A stretch of DNA of 64,000 bases from Selaginella moellendorffii (taxonomy: Eukaryota; Plantae; Lycopodiophyta). The stretch lies in the NCBI RefSeq assembly GCF_000143415.4, contig NW_003314267.1:574817-638816 (forward strand), read 5' to 3'. Made by a program: the position numbers and the translations under genes. This document shows, in pieces, positions 46,193-58,317 of the stretch (position 1 is the first letter of the stretch; each line of letters opens with the position of its first letter). Under the pieces are notes generated by a model. The model ran no database searches. It worked only from the letters and a program-made list of their open reading frames with translations, and was not told the origin of the DNA.

Positions 46193-47926
46193 CACCTTGT
46201 TCTTCAGGAGATTATGGACTTTGTGCGATCGCATGTTGTGCCGGAAGGCTTTCCGGACAGTGTTCTTCCGTGCTACACGCCTTACATGCAATGGCGATGC
46301 CTCCAGGTAAAAGCTTTTGCTTAGATCGTGTTTTAGACGACAGTGCTGATTTCGTCCAGTATTTCTTTGGAGGTGCCATGGGCGTCTTCACGACCCGGTC
46401 GCTGCTTCATGCTCTTGGTGTCCGGAATGGAGCTTCGTCTTCGGCCATCGCTGTAAACTGGGTTGTCAAGGTCGGTGCTGTGTTATGCAAAACTTTGACG
46501 TAGTTCTAAAACGGGCTTCACTTCATTTCTCAGGATGGTGCTGGCCGAATTGGAAAAATGATTTTTGCTCGGCATGGAAAGAAGTTCGATTGTCACCTTA
46601 AGCAGGTTATCCGTGCAGCGTTTGCTCTTGTGCTTAGTTCTCTGATTCGTGAGTCTTTTACAGATTCGATTTGCTGGTGATGTCTTAATGCAATTAGCTG
46701 CAGCACTGGAACTAGCTACATCTGCCACACCACAATTTTTTCTCCCTCTGGCTTGTATAGCTAACATTGGAAAGGTGTTCTTACCTTGTTTTATTATTTC
46801 TTCTCAAGAGGCTTGGTTTTTTCTTTCGCAGAACGTTGCTGCAGTGGCGTCTACTTCGACTCGAGCACCCATATACAAGGCCTTTGCGCGTCGAGAAAAC
46901 ATTGGAGACATAACTGCAAAAGGAGAGTGTATCGGAAACATTGCGGATCTGGTATGAGAACGAGTTGCAAGGACTGGTAGTTTGCTAACACGCTACTTTT
47001 TAGCTAGGTACTGGCATGGGAATTCTGATGTCCAAAAATTTTCCTGTCTTTGCTCCATTTAGTGCGTTGGCTTTTGGATACGTCTACAGTTCCTTTCGAG
47101 AGGTATTGTTTGCTTTTCTGCGCCTTCGACTGCCTCAACACTCCAATGCAGGTGAAAGCAATTCAGTTGCCGACATTGAACCGGCACAGATTCGGGATTG
47201 CTGTCGACACTTTTCTAGAGACAGGTATTTCAAGTCTGGAAGTCACTTTTGTTTGACATTTTTTCTCTGCAGGGAAAGTTCCAGGTTTGGTTGAAGCAAA
47301 TGAGAGAGAGCGAATTATCGTTGGTCCGCAATGGTCACTAGAGAAACTAGAACTAGGTACCCCCTCTGTTAGTTTTTGGATGCTGTTTGCTGACCGTGGG
47401 AATTTTCTTCAGGCGCACGGGTATCTGATGCCTTCTCTGCTCCTCAAGACTACCAGTACATAGACTCTTTATTTAAGGTGCCTTCTTTATTCACAGTATT
47501 GAATGACACACACACTCTCTTTCTCTCTCTCGCTTTCTCTTTCCAGGGGGAAAACTACCTTGTAAGCTACAATCCTAAACGTCAGCGCACCTATGTTGTT
47601 CTAAAGGAAAGAGCCAACGGTGATGACGTCCTTCGAGCAGCATTTCATGTGAGTGTGCTGAATATTCTGGTCTTTGCTTTCTGATATCAGTAACTTTATG
47701 CAGGGCCAATTGTTCGTCAACATTTTTGATAAATGTTCTTCTGCCGAAGGAGCGTATCAAGAAAGCTGCAAATACATATCTCCCCTCTATGAACATTTCA
47801 AACTCGATGCCGAAAAACTGGTAAAACATTGTGGTTGACGAAGAGGTACTAAAGTTCTATGCTTTCCAGGGCTGGATAATGTCAGAGACGCTATTAAGTC
47901 CTGGAAATGCTCGGGTTTGCACCTGA
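45943..47926 (+). CDS. RUS6: ROOT UVB SENSITIVE (DUF647) family protein, RUS6-like, multi-exon
   Basis: VVPEGFPDSV, FFGGAMGVFTT, KDGAGRIGKM, NVAAVASTSTRAPIYKAFA and ENIGDITAKGEC. Confidence 0.88.
46145..46188. repeat. (CT)n microsatellite in RUS6 intron 1
   Basis: About 22 CT units, seen directly. Confidence 0.95.
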
Positions 47927-50119
47927 AAATCGTCACCCCATGTGGAGGTAGGGAGTTTTTTGTTTTCACTCGCTGTAGAATTTCATTCTCTGCCTCCGTC
48001 GAGTTGAAACATCTTGTTTTTCAATAAAACTGCTTTGGAAGCCGACTCGCAGCTGTACTTCGCAAGTCACACCTTGTTCTTGGATTTGTAAGAGACATTT
48101 ACTCGCGATCCCGAAAGGTAACGCTTTCTGAATTAACAAGACTTGATTGATATTGACCACTTTTGTTGTGCTTACTCTTCATCAGCTGGCTGACATCACT
48201 GCTATCGTCGGGACCCAAGCCGCTCGCACGCGATACTTGGTAACTAATTTTTTTTCTTCGTTGATTTATTTTCGGCTCCACTATCTGGACTCATGATTGT
48301 CAGGAAATATCATGCTGCTCGCTCTCGGGGAGGAAGGATAGTTGGTTCGTTATGTGCAAAGCGTTTCAAAGCGTCTTTTCGCCCGCAAGTTTATTCAGAC
48401 TTGCTCGCTGTGTTGACCCCGCCATGTGAACTTGCGCAGGTTCCCGGAGATCACGGCCCTTGGAAAATTCCTATATGCCGTACGCGGTTGTCTCATTGGA
48501 TGTTGCTCGGCACAAGGTTCGCTTTTTCTTTTCAATACTGAGATGACAGGAGAAAAAGTAAGACTGTTCAAGTACATACCAGCCTTTGTCTGCCACTAAC
48601 AAGTTTGCTTTTCCCTACCTTGCTAGTTGACCCCCATGGCAATCCATCCATCTCTCGGCTCCGCTCCGGTTTCCGTTCTATTCTATTCGATTCGATCCTT
48701 GCAAGTGGACTAAGCCGCGGGTGTCTCACTTTTTCTTCTCCTTCCGGGCTCGCGACGGCATCTCTAGACCCCGCTTTACAAGTGTCATCCTTGAAGCAAA
48801 GGTATCCGTCGCGAATTTGTCTTCCTGTCTGTACTGTTCGTCCTTTGGTTTTGCTGACAGATCTCTACTGCTCGCGCTCAACTTTTTGAGTACTGCTTGT
48901 TTGTTTTGGACAGGGCATGTGAAGGGGGAGAGAACTTGGGTCCCGCTCGCAATCCTAGAATGCGCATGCGGTCTGTGCATCCATGGAGCCCACGCAAAAG
49001 AATTCCAGCTCAGGTAAGCTGCTATATAGATTTGCCTGCTTGCTCTCGCTTCCTTGCTCCTTGCATCTTAAAAAAATCATTGTTTCTCGTCACACAAGTC
49101 TAGCGCGGCAGATGCCTGGCTAGCTCGTCCAGAGCTTTTGGTTTCTCTTTTTTTCTTTTTCTTTTTTAGCGTCCAAATCCCTGGCTTAGCTCCTGTTTAG
49201 TGGCGCCAGCCATGGCTAGATTCCTGTGGAGTGATATGATCTTCTGTTGAGTGTTCTCGAACGGTTGTAGTTTTGTGCGTAGTAACCGGATGCTTTTTTG
49301 CAGGGATCGCTTTTATTCCTCCCAGTTTAATCCAAGAAAGTTGGTGGTACGCCCTGCGGTAAATCAATGTACTTTCTACATTTAGCCCCTGCCATTGCTA
49401 CAACCATTGACTACAATGTGGCTGCAGCCTGGGCCGTCGATCCCCCGCACCCAACGTTCCGGATGCTCCACCGCGTAACTCGTGTGCCTGGCACAACCGG
49501 GGCCGTTGGTGGCTCTGGGATGGACGACATCCGTGCGCTCTCAGCGACCCCGTAGAGAAGGGAAGAGTTTTTTTCTTTCTCTCCCCCCCGAGGTCTCTCG
49601 AGCGCACCGCCATTTGGTTTGGAGGAGGGGGACGACTGTGGAGGAAGAGAAAAAAGCGGTGTTCTTGCTAGCAGCGGCTTCTCGGGACAATTGCGCTGCG
49701 GATCTGGGAGCTCCAGGTACGTTTGCCGATCTTCAGTCCCCTGGTTTTGGGATTTCCTGGATTTGGGCAGCTGGGATTCTTTGTTGGGCTCTTGTCTTGG
49801 GTTGTTTCCTTCTCGCCGGGCGATGCCCGATTGGTAATTCTCTCGGTTTCTTGCGAGTTTCTAGAGCTCTTCCTCCCCTGGATTGTCTTGGAATTTGCTT
49901 TGCTTGCTTGCCAACGTACTGTTACGTCAGTCTAAGCTAATTATTGAACCGCCAACGAGATTTCCTGGAGTTTGAAAAACTTTCTTTGACGGATTCTCGT
50001 TTATTGCAGCCACATTTCCTTGGGAGATTCCGGCTTGAGAATATTGGAATCGATCTTCCTCCAGCAGCAGGGATGGTCAAGTAGTCTGTTTTTTCGCTCC
50101 TTCCCTTCAGTCGACTGGA

Positions 50120-51926
50120 ATGCAGCAGGAGTCCCCGCCGGAAGAAAGCGTGATGAAAAGCGTCGACAGCTCTCAGGCCCCGCTGAACCAGGAGGAGAAA
50201 GAACACATGGAGTTTCTGGAGAACATCTTGAGCATCCCGTCGTGGTCGGAATTGGGGGTGAGGAACTGGGAATTCGGCATTGACACCTCCAAGTTGACAA
50301 AGTCAGAGCTTTCCGGACTGCTCAACCTCGGGGCCGAGAAGCAGGGAAAGGGAATGCAGCAGGACAGTGTGGCCGCGGATCCTCAGATTGGTGATATGGT
50401 GGACGACGCCTTTCTCTTCGCACAGCTCCAGCAGCAGCGGAGCATGCTCTCGGAGGGCTCTATATCACAGCTTATGGAACGAGCATCCTCCAGCCTCGAC
50501 ATGGTTGGCTCGCAAGGCTCCGAGCCTTTGCTCCACAGGCTAGAGGACGTGCCGATTGGACTGCCTGTAGGCTCGGCACTCGTCGGGAGTGCTCCACCGA
50601 GGCCTGAAGCTGGCCAAGCTCTATCGCCCTCATGGCGCCAGCCGTTCATTGGAGGCATGCCGCTAGAGATGTTCACGAACTCCAACGGGGGGCATGTCTA
50701 CGGCAGAGGATTCCGTGGCGGCGAGGAACTGGTACGAAGATGATGCGAACTTTGCAACTTTGTCTCTGGTTATGCTAACGTAAGCGGTGCAGGGTCAAGC
50801 CCGGGATGGAACGCCAGGAACCATGTTTAACGTCTATCCTTCGCTTCCTCAGCCTAGAGCGCCCGTCCCGCCTTCGCAACAGGTGAGCCTCTCGAGTCAT
50901 AGTGGTTTTGTTTGAAAAGCTTGCGAGTTGCAGGTGAATACCAGTGCTCCGGGGCCACAGTCTGGGCAAGCATACAGGCCTCAAGCAGTGAGTACGCAGC
51001 CACAGCCTGTAAATCCTGTCGCTGGTGGGGCTCCTCGGCCTCGTGTGCGTGCTAGGCGCGGTCAGGCGACTGATCCTCACAGCATTGCGGAGAGGGTATA
51101 ATCATCTCTGTCGCTCTTTGTTTTTTTTTTTTTTTTTTCTGGATCACTAAACTTGTTTAAGTACAGTTGCGTAGGGAAAGAATCGCAGAGAGGATGAAGG
51201 CTTTGCAAGACCTCGTGCCAAATGCTAACAAGGTTTATATACTCAGCATCGTTTAGTGGTGCTTATCTTTTTGTATGTTTTTCCCAGACGGATAAGGCCT
51301 CGATGCTGGATGAGATTGTAGACTACGTGAAATTTCTGCAGCTGCAAGTGAAGGTTGGCGCTTTCTTTGTTTTCATTTCGAGAAGCTTCGAATGCGAATG
51401 TATACCCGCAGGTTTTGAGCATGAGCCGGCTTGGAAGTGCGGCAGCTGTTCCATCTCTCGTGGCAGACTTACCATCTGAGGTAAAAGAAATACTTTTCTT
51501 TTGCTGCTGTTCTTACGTTTCATGTTCCAGGGAGCAAACAGCTTACTGGCGAGTACGCTCAGCCGCAGCACGGGGATCTCACACGACGGTCTCGCCAGCG
51601 CCGAGCGTCAAGTGGCGCGGCTCATGGACGAGGACATGGGCTCTGCGATGCAGTACTTGCAGAGCAAGGGCCTCTGCCTCATGCCAATCTCTCTGGCCAC
51701 GGCGAGCGGCAAAGTTCCGCTCAGCGCGCTCCAGGCAATCGGCTCCAGTGACAAACAGCAGTACACGGACGCATCGGTGACGGTCGTCACCGATAGAAGT
51801 GGCTCCGCGAACAATGCCGCCACAGGGAAGGCCAAGGAGGCGATCATGGACAGCTCTAGCAACAAGAGTAACGAGGGGATCAAGCAGCCATCGTCCATCA
51901 AGTCTCCCAAGAGCAAGACGAACTGA
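50120..51926 (+). CDS. LRL: LRL-type bHLH transcription factor, copy 1
   Basis: [44 protein letters not shown] and [33 protein letters not shown] domain [28 protein letters not shown]. Confidence 0.92.
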
Positions 51927-53537
51927 TTGAGCCGATGATACGGGAAGGATTTGCGGCCAAAGCAACACGCAGTGGTGGTGGTGGTGGCGTTGGGCTTTGC
52001 TGTGAGCTAAGGTGAGTGATTGTTTTCTCACTTTTTTCTTCTTTGTTCGTGTGATCTTCTGGTTTGACAGTGGAAAACGTTGTGTGCAGGCCTGGCCATT
52101 TGTAAATACGTTGGACAAGATCCAAAAAGTTTTGGTGGCGCCGAAAGATTCGCCCAAGAGAGATGGAATCGAAGTGGGTCGATCTTCTACGAGTTTTATA
52201 AATATTCCCTATTGCCGCTTGCTTGATTGGAATCGACAAGAAATCGAAAAAAACTACTATCGCATTTTGTATAGCTTGGTTTGAATGGGAAGCAAAAAGT
52301 AAAAGGAGAAGAAGAATCTTTTTTCGTGTGGTTGACCTTCCAACGTCATCCGAAACGTCACTCCCGCGCACGCGGGGAAAGCTGACGGGCGCGACGGGCC
52401 GTCACTAACCTAATACCTTGCGTGGACGACTGGATTGTGCTGCCACCTTTTGCTTTTTCTTGGACGCTTTCCAATTCCGACCCTTCGATCGCATCTCCAA
52501 ACTTTTGCAAATTAGAAGATTAAATGTGATTGTTTTGGAGGAGGGGTTTTGGGATTTCTCCATTTCCTTCTTTGTGCCGCATCACAAAAGTTGTTATCGT
52601 GGCCCCATGGTTGACTGCACTGCCCTTCTCGGCTTTTGATACTACACACACAGCTTTGCATTGCTTTCCCTCTTTCCTTTCTTTCTTCAATGCTTTCTTT
52701 TTTCTTAAAGAAACTCTTGCTTGCTTGTACTGGTACAGCACTGTTACTGCTACTTCGCAATATGTCCACGGGGGGAATGTTCCATTTTCCAGTGATTGGG
52801 AGAGGCCTGGGTGGGATGATGTCCACTTCACACGAACAGATGGAGATTTGCTAGGAATTCTTGCAGCCGCGCAAGGGATTTTGAGAGGTATAACACGCCC
52901 ATCCAAAGCTCGACTCATAATCTCTCTGGAGCTTCCAAGTTTTGTCAATCGACTTGGGCGCCTCTCTATCTCTGATCGCTCGCAACTTATCACTAGACAG
53001 CGTGTTGTATCGATCCTCTTTTTTCTTCTTGTGTTTCTTGCTTTTGTTTGTTTGTTGCAGGGCCGAGGAGCCAAAGTCAAGGCCGTAAGGGTGGCCTAGA
53101 ACTCTAGCACGAGGACAAAGCTCTTGGCATTTTCTTCCAGGTGCTTTGGACAAACACTTGAGAGAGAGGTATAGTGTTTTTCTCCAACTTCTAAGCGTCT
53201 AGAAAGCTTGTCTTTAACGGTTGCCACTCTATTAGGCGGCTTAGAGAGCATCCATACTACGTGATCTCTAAGATATACTGCCAAAGAGAAATCTCCCAAC
53301 ACATTCTTTTTGTCTTGCAAAACTAACTCTTTCACTCTCACTCTCTCTCTTTGTGTCAGGAGTAAAAGAAAGTCGGCTCGCTAGCTCCTCCTAGTATACT
53401 GAACCAAAGAGTTCTTTTCTACTGAAAGAAAGAAGTCCTACTCAACTTTATGCATCGTCCTCATCTTGGCGAGCGCTGGAGAGTCACCGTCTTGTTTGTA
53501 TCCTTGCTCTGCTTCGTTTTCCACTCCGGAGTCACTC

Positions 53538-55102
53538 ATGGACGACATCCTGGAGATTCTCAACATGCCGTCGTGGTCGGATATCGGTGGCCTGAGGAAC
53601 CAGCTCGAGTTTATCAATCCACCATCCGGAGTAGCGCCTGATCAACCGGGAGCCTCTGGGGACTCCAAGGATCACTCAGCAGTTACAGAAGAGTGCCAGG
53701 ATCAGTCGCAAGCTGGATCGTATGTGGACTCCTTCCTCCACAGCCAGCAGCAGCAAAGCTTGCTGGATCATTCTGGCTTGCAGCTTAGCGGAGGAGGAGG
53801 AGGAATCGGCTGCAACATCATGGCCAACCAAGGATGTTCTTCCTCGCCTTTCCCCATGCTCCTCCCGGGCGAGGCAAACTCGGTCATGGCCTCTCTCAAC
53901 TCTCCCTCCCATGGAAGCTTTGGCGATTCCTCTCGGCTATGGCAGCAGCAGCAGCAACCTTTCATAGGAGACCTCCAGCAGCAGCTCAGGCCTGGAGATT
54001 TGTTCAATCTCAACGCTGGCATGTTCTCCTCGAGATACCGCAGCGCTGGAAACATTCCCTCAAACTTGAGAATGGTGAGTCGATTGTTCATTGGGAATTG
54101 CTGCTCATGGTTTCTTGGTTTCTTCTTTCTTAGCAGCACAGGGAAGGAGCGAGTAGTGTGTTCAGTGCTTATGGATTGGGCCAGCAGAAGCCTCAAATTC
54201 AAGCAGTAAGTTTGATCTTGCTCTAAAACTCTAAGATGGAAAACTCTTGCCGATTTGTAGGCTCCATCGCGAGGTTCGTATAGAAGCGCTCAGCCTGCCC
54301 CTATGGCTCCAATCTCTGGAGCTCCGAGGCCTCGAGTTCGTGCTCGCCGGGGCCAAGCCACCGACCCTCACAGCATTGCCGAGCGAGTTAAGATCCTTGC
54401 CAGCTTTTGTCCTTTAGCTTCTTGATCGTACATCGAGAGAGTTCTTACGCTGAGCTTGTGGATCTTGTGATTTCTTTTTTCCAGCAACGCAGGGAGAGAA
54501 TCGCGGAAAGGATGAAGGAGCTGCAAGGATTGGTACCAAATGCTAACAAGGTATATAGTCTGTATATAAGCAAATAATAAGCCTTGGAATCATATGTCAT
54601 GGAAACACTTTGGGTGCCACAGACCGACAAGGCGATTATGCTGGACGAGATAATCGAGTACGTAAAATTCCTCCAGCTCCAATCAAAGGTTTGTGAAAAC
54701 TATCTTTCGGTCACCTCATATACCCAATGGTTTGTTTTGTTCCTTTGCCAGATATTCTCAATGTGTCGCATCCAGCCACCTCCAGAGGTTTGTTATAATT
54801 CTGAAGCTTCTTCTAACCAAGCTCTTTGGTTATGGCAGTCTTATTCCAGTGCCATGGCTACGAGCTTGAGCCAGAGCAATGGCGCTTCGGCAGAGAGCTT
54901 GGCGAACCTGGAGCGGCAGGCAGCTCGGCTCATGGACGAGAGCATGGGCAGCGCACTGCAGTTCCTCCAGAGCAAGGGCTTTTGCCTCATGCCCGTCTCC
55001 ATGGCCGCGGCTTTGTCCGCTACAAAATCCATCCACCAGCCAATATTTCCTCAGGAAAAGGTCGAGGCCTCCACAGTAGTAACTGCAGAGAGGCCTCAAT
55101 AA
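53538..55102 (+). CDS. LRL: LRL-type bHLH transcription factor, copy 2 (tandem paralogue)
   Basis: [52 protein letters not shown] and ERQAARLMDESMGSALQFLQSKGFCLMP; same exon layout as copy 1. Confidence 0.9.
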
Positions 55103-55399
55103 CGTTAGCACCTTAAAGTGAAAGTTTCGCCAGTGCAATAAGTTGATGGTATTTCATGTTGACAGTGCCTTTTGATCTGCAAGAGACGAACGCTACATTT
55201 TCATGAAATCCTTCAATGTCGACCGTAGGAGGCGAATTGGCCTGACAGCCCTCTCCAAATGCCAGCTTATTATCTTTCCAAAGATGGTCTGCCAGGGAGG
55301 AATGTTGGCATCTGCTTTGAAACCTGGTCTTTTGGAGCATCATTTCCATGCAAAACAAAATCTCGCGAGGCTAAAGAGAGATTTTTTGGCGAGCCTAAT

Positions 55400-56270
55400 A
55401 TGTGGTGTCGCTTGGCCTTCATGCACTTGTCCCGGTGCATGGCGCGAATCGACTTGCCAGATAGCGCCCTGCACGATCAATTGGATCATTTCCTCCCGAA
55501 GGCCCAGGATTGGAGGAGAAGATTCCAGGAGACTATGGCCCTGCGCGAGGCAGCAGCTGAGAGAATCGGGCGAGGAGGAGCAGAATACATTTGAAGAATA
55601 TTCGATGTGCGTGAAAATCCAGAAAGTAAGTTACCAGGAAGACAAAAACCCTACATTGCATCAAAACTGGCAAATATTTTGCAGCAATGACATTCAAAAC
55701 TATCACACGATCAAATCTAAGAGATCTCTGGAAGAACATACCACGTACAGCAGCGTGATCATTTCCCTGGAAAACCACGGACGAAGTCGATCTGGAAGAA
55801 AAGAAATCGATTTTTTTTCTGTGTTTCCCTACCTCCTCCTCCTCCTCCTCCTCCTGGAGTGCCGAGCTCGCCACCGGCAACATAGTCTTCGTCCTTCTCG
55901 CTGGATCCATTGCCAGGATCATCGCAATCGACGGGCTGCTGGATCGTCCGCCGGCGCGTCTTATTCATATACGATATCTTTCAAATATTATTCTTTTATG
56001 AAAAATCATCCTATGCAGTATATCCTATTGTCTCAAGGATTCCACGGCGATGGCGCTCCACTCCGGGGCACCACATTCTCCGCCGCTCCCTCCAATCCAG
56101 CCGCCATGGAATACAAGGTAGCTATAGTGTTCTTTCCCCGGATCGAGGCCGAATCCCAGGAAGAATTGAGTCCCAAAGCGTGGATCCATCGGGCTTGATC
56201 CCTATCGAGCGCGTCTACCAATCCCGCGAGGGCGAAGGATTCGATCACGGTGTTCCACGCAGCTTAACCG
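55400..56270 (-). pseudogene. Scattered PPR fragments
   Basis: Minus-strand AAWNTVIESFALAGLVDA (~56260-56210) and IVSWNLLLQSWA (~55540-55500). Confidence 0.5.
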
Positions 56271-56475
56271 AACAATTGTACCATCTGCTTTGAAGTAGTT
56301 ATTGTGCTGCACGTAAGTGTGTAAGTTGACTGACAAGGATCATAATAGTAGGAACATACCCTCCATTCAATTGCTGGGAAGCTAATCTTGCCTTCGACGG
56401 TATTGTAGTACACCAAGCAATTCACCTCCACCCCGGCCATGCAATCTGCTGACAAACAAAATCACTCCAAATGCC

Positions 56476-57630
56476 TCAACAAGCTTGCTTACCTTTGGCG
56501 ATGGATTCCGGCACTCCTTCCAAGAAGGGCCCAAAGTCTCCCTTGGTGATGGGAAACTTGTATGGCAGCTTCAGTCTCTTGGACCTCCTCTTGTCATTCC
56601 TGAGCTTCCCAAATCCCACCACCACGCCCGTCAAGCTACCCCTGGGAGTCATCACTGGCGCTCCACACTCGATCCTGGCCCCGTCGCATGGCAGCATGAT
56701 ATGACGGTAAGGAGGGAATTGACAGCTCGTCTCGTACTCCAAGAGATCGTCAAATCGTCCGCCATCGCCTCCCACCGATGTTCCGGCCACGAGCAGCGGC
56801 TTCTTGTTCCCGTCATGGTCCCACGACGCCGACACCACCGTCACCCACGGCCCTGGCATCGGCGCCACCACTGCGCAGGCCGAGAAGCTCTGGGAGCATC
56901 CTTGCGCGGGAGTTAAAACTCCCACTCCGCCCGCCACCTCTGCTACGCACTCGTATCGCCTCCCGTCCACGCACACAACGTAGCGCTTGCCATCGGATTC
57001 CTCCTCCGCCTTCTTCTTCATGCAAGCGTAGCTCGTGACGCAAGTTCCATCCGGCCTCACCAGCGTCACCATTCCACACCTGTTTGTGGCGTCGAGCTCC
57101 TCGTCGTCCTGGCGACCCACGCGATAGAACCAGCCGATGAACTTGCTCGCCTCGGCCTCGAGCACCCGGATATCGTCGGCTGCTTCCCTTACTCGGTTGT
57201 GGTAAGCGTGGATAGCTCCATCGGCCTTGAAGAACACCTGGCGGAACTCTTCGTCCAGCTGCCGCGATGCCTCGAGCCGCTTGCGGCTCATCTCTGCCCA
57301 ATTTGGTATTTGTATTCCTTCATCTTCTTCGTCTTCAGAGTCGGGACCGAGGCTCATCCCAGTGATGGGCATGGCTGCGTCTTTGGAGCTGCCATCGCCT
57401 AGGCCACTGCTGACCGCCGTCTGCCGGATGGATTCCACGTCGAAGATGGATTTTCCAGTCCCATCCATCAGCAGCACATCGTCGCCAATACATAGAGTCG
57501 CGGGATCCAGGTTCCAAAAGGCTGCGATGGCGCTTACCGGCAGCTTGGTTCCGCGCGCGAGGCCAAAACGTCTCGCCTCCTCCCCATGCTTGAACCACAC
57601 CAGGCCCATTTTAACCTTGGGCCAAAACAT
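56476..57630 (-). CDS. Intronless 384-aa orphan ORF with a degenerate trypsin-like C-terminal domain
   Basis: Long GC-rich open frame. TLVRPDGTCVTSYAC and ECGAPVMTPRGSLTGVVVG resemble trypsin-2/HtrA motifs. Confidence 0.55.
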   Translation of the reverse strand: MFWPKVKMGLVWFKHGEEARRFGLARGTKLPVSAIAAFWNLDPATLCIGDDVLLMDGTGKSIFDVESIRQTAVSSGLGDGSSKDAAMPITGMSLGPDSEDEEDEGIQIPNWAEMSRKRLEASRQLDEEFRQVFFKADGAIHAYHNRVREAADDIRVLEAEASKFIGWFYRVGRQDDEELDATNRCGMVTLVRPDGTCVTSYACMKKKAEEESDGKRYVVCVDGRRYECVAEVAGGVGVLTPAQGCSQSFSACAVVAPMPGPWVTVVSASWDHDGNKKPLLVAGTSVGGDGGRFDDLLEYETSCQFPPYRHIMLPCDGARIECGAPVMTPRGSLTGVVVGFGKLRNDKRRSKRLKLPYKFPITKGDFGPFLEGVPESIAKGKQAC

Positions 57631-57674
57631 TAAAAGTTAAAAATTAAAGTTTTAAAATGTTTTTTCTCGACTCT

Positions 57675-57875
57675 GTACTCCATGTTTGGAATGGTGTCCA
57701 GTCGCGAGGTATTCCATTCGCTTCCAGAGAGGAACTTGGTAACTTGGACGTCGCTACTGGCAGGATATAGTCACGCCAGGAGGATTTCCATCTCTTCGGC
57801 GGGATGCTAGACGAGGGCCTCCACGCGGACAGTGTGACGATGCTGTGCCTTCGCAGCCCTGGACGCTGCGAGAGA
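57675..57875 (+). pseudogene. Short PPR fragment
   Basis: REVFHSLPERNLVTWTSLLAGYSH and LFGGMLDEGLHADSVTML. Confidence 0.7.
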
Positions 57876-58317
57876 GATGATGAGTAACAAACTGTGATTA
57901 ATTTAGAGGGCCAAAACATGAGTTTAACTAGTGCTCTTTAACTAAATTCGCAGCTCCTTGTTGATAACCCACAGGTCGGGCCCTCTGATAATATGAGGTC
58001 GTCATCTGAGAGCTGATGAAGAAAATTTTGTTCGAGCTCTAGGGCTCCTCGCCCTCCCGCGATGGTGCCGCTCGGGAGCGCGCGATCGGGCCGCCATTCG
58101 GTTCTTACAGCTGCTGCAGCGAGGGGCATTGCTTCGTCCGTCCGGAATGCCAGGAAGAATGTCAAGGACAAGAAAATTCCTCCCGGATAAGAAGCTGGCG
58201 GGTCTGGGGAAGCTTGGACACCCGAATCGCTCATCAATTACATTGTCCCTACTTACGTCTTCCTTAAAAAAGAAAAAAGGACTTTATTTTCTTGTTTCCT
58301 CTTAGCTTACATTTCAG

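Noticed and set aside
51924-51934. TGATTGAGCCG resembling the 5' half of miR171
   Set aside because: Only an 11-nt match, overlapping a stop codon, with no hairpin partner seen.
22901-55102. Functional root-development cluster (SCR, RUS6, LRL x2) or sulfur cluster (APR plus ferredoxin)
   Set aside because: The genes are interspersed with unrelated genes, and proximity in a compact genome is not evidence without synteny or co-expression.
55203-56198. 331-aa plus-strand ORF
   Set aside because: No recognisable domain; it overlaps minus-strand PPR fragments and low-complexity sequence.
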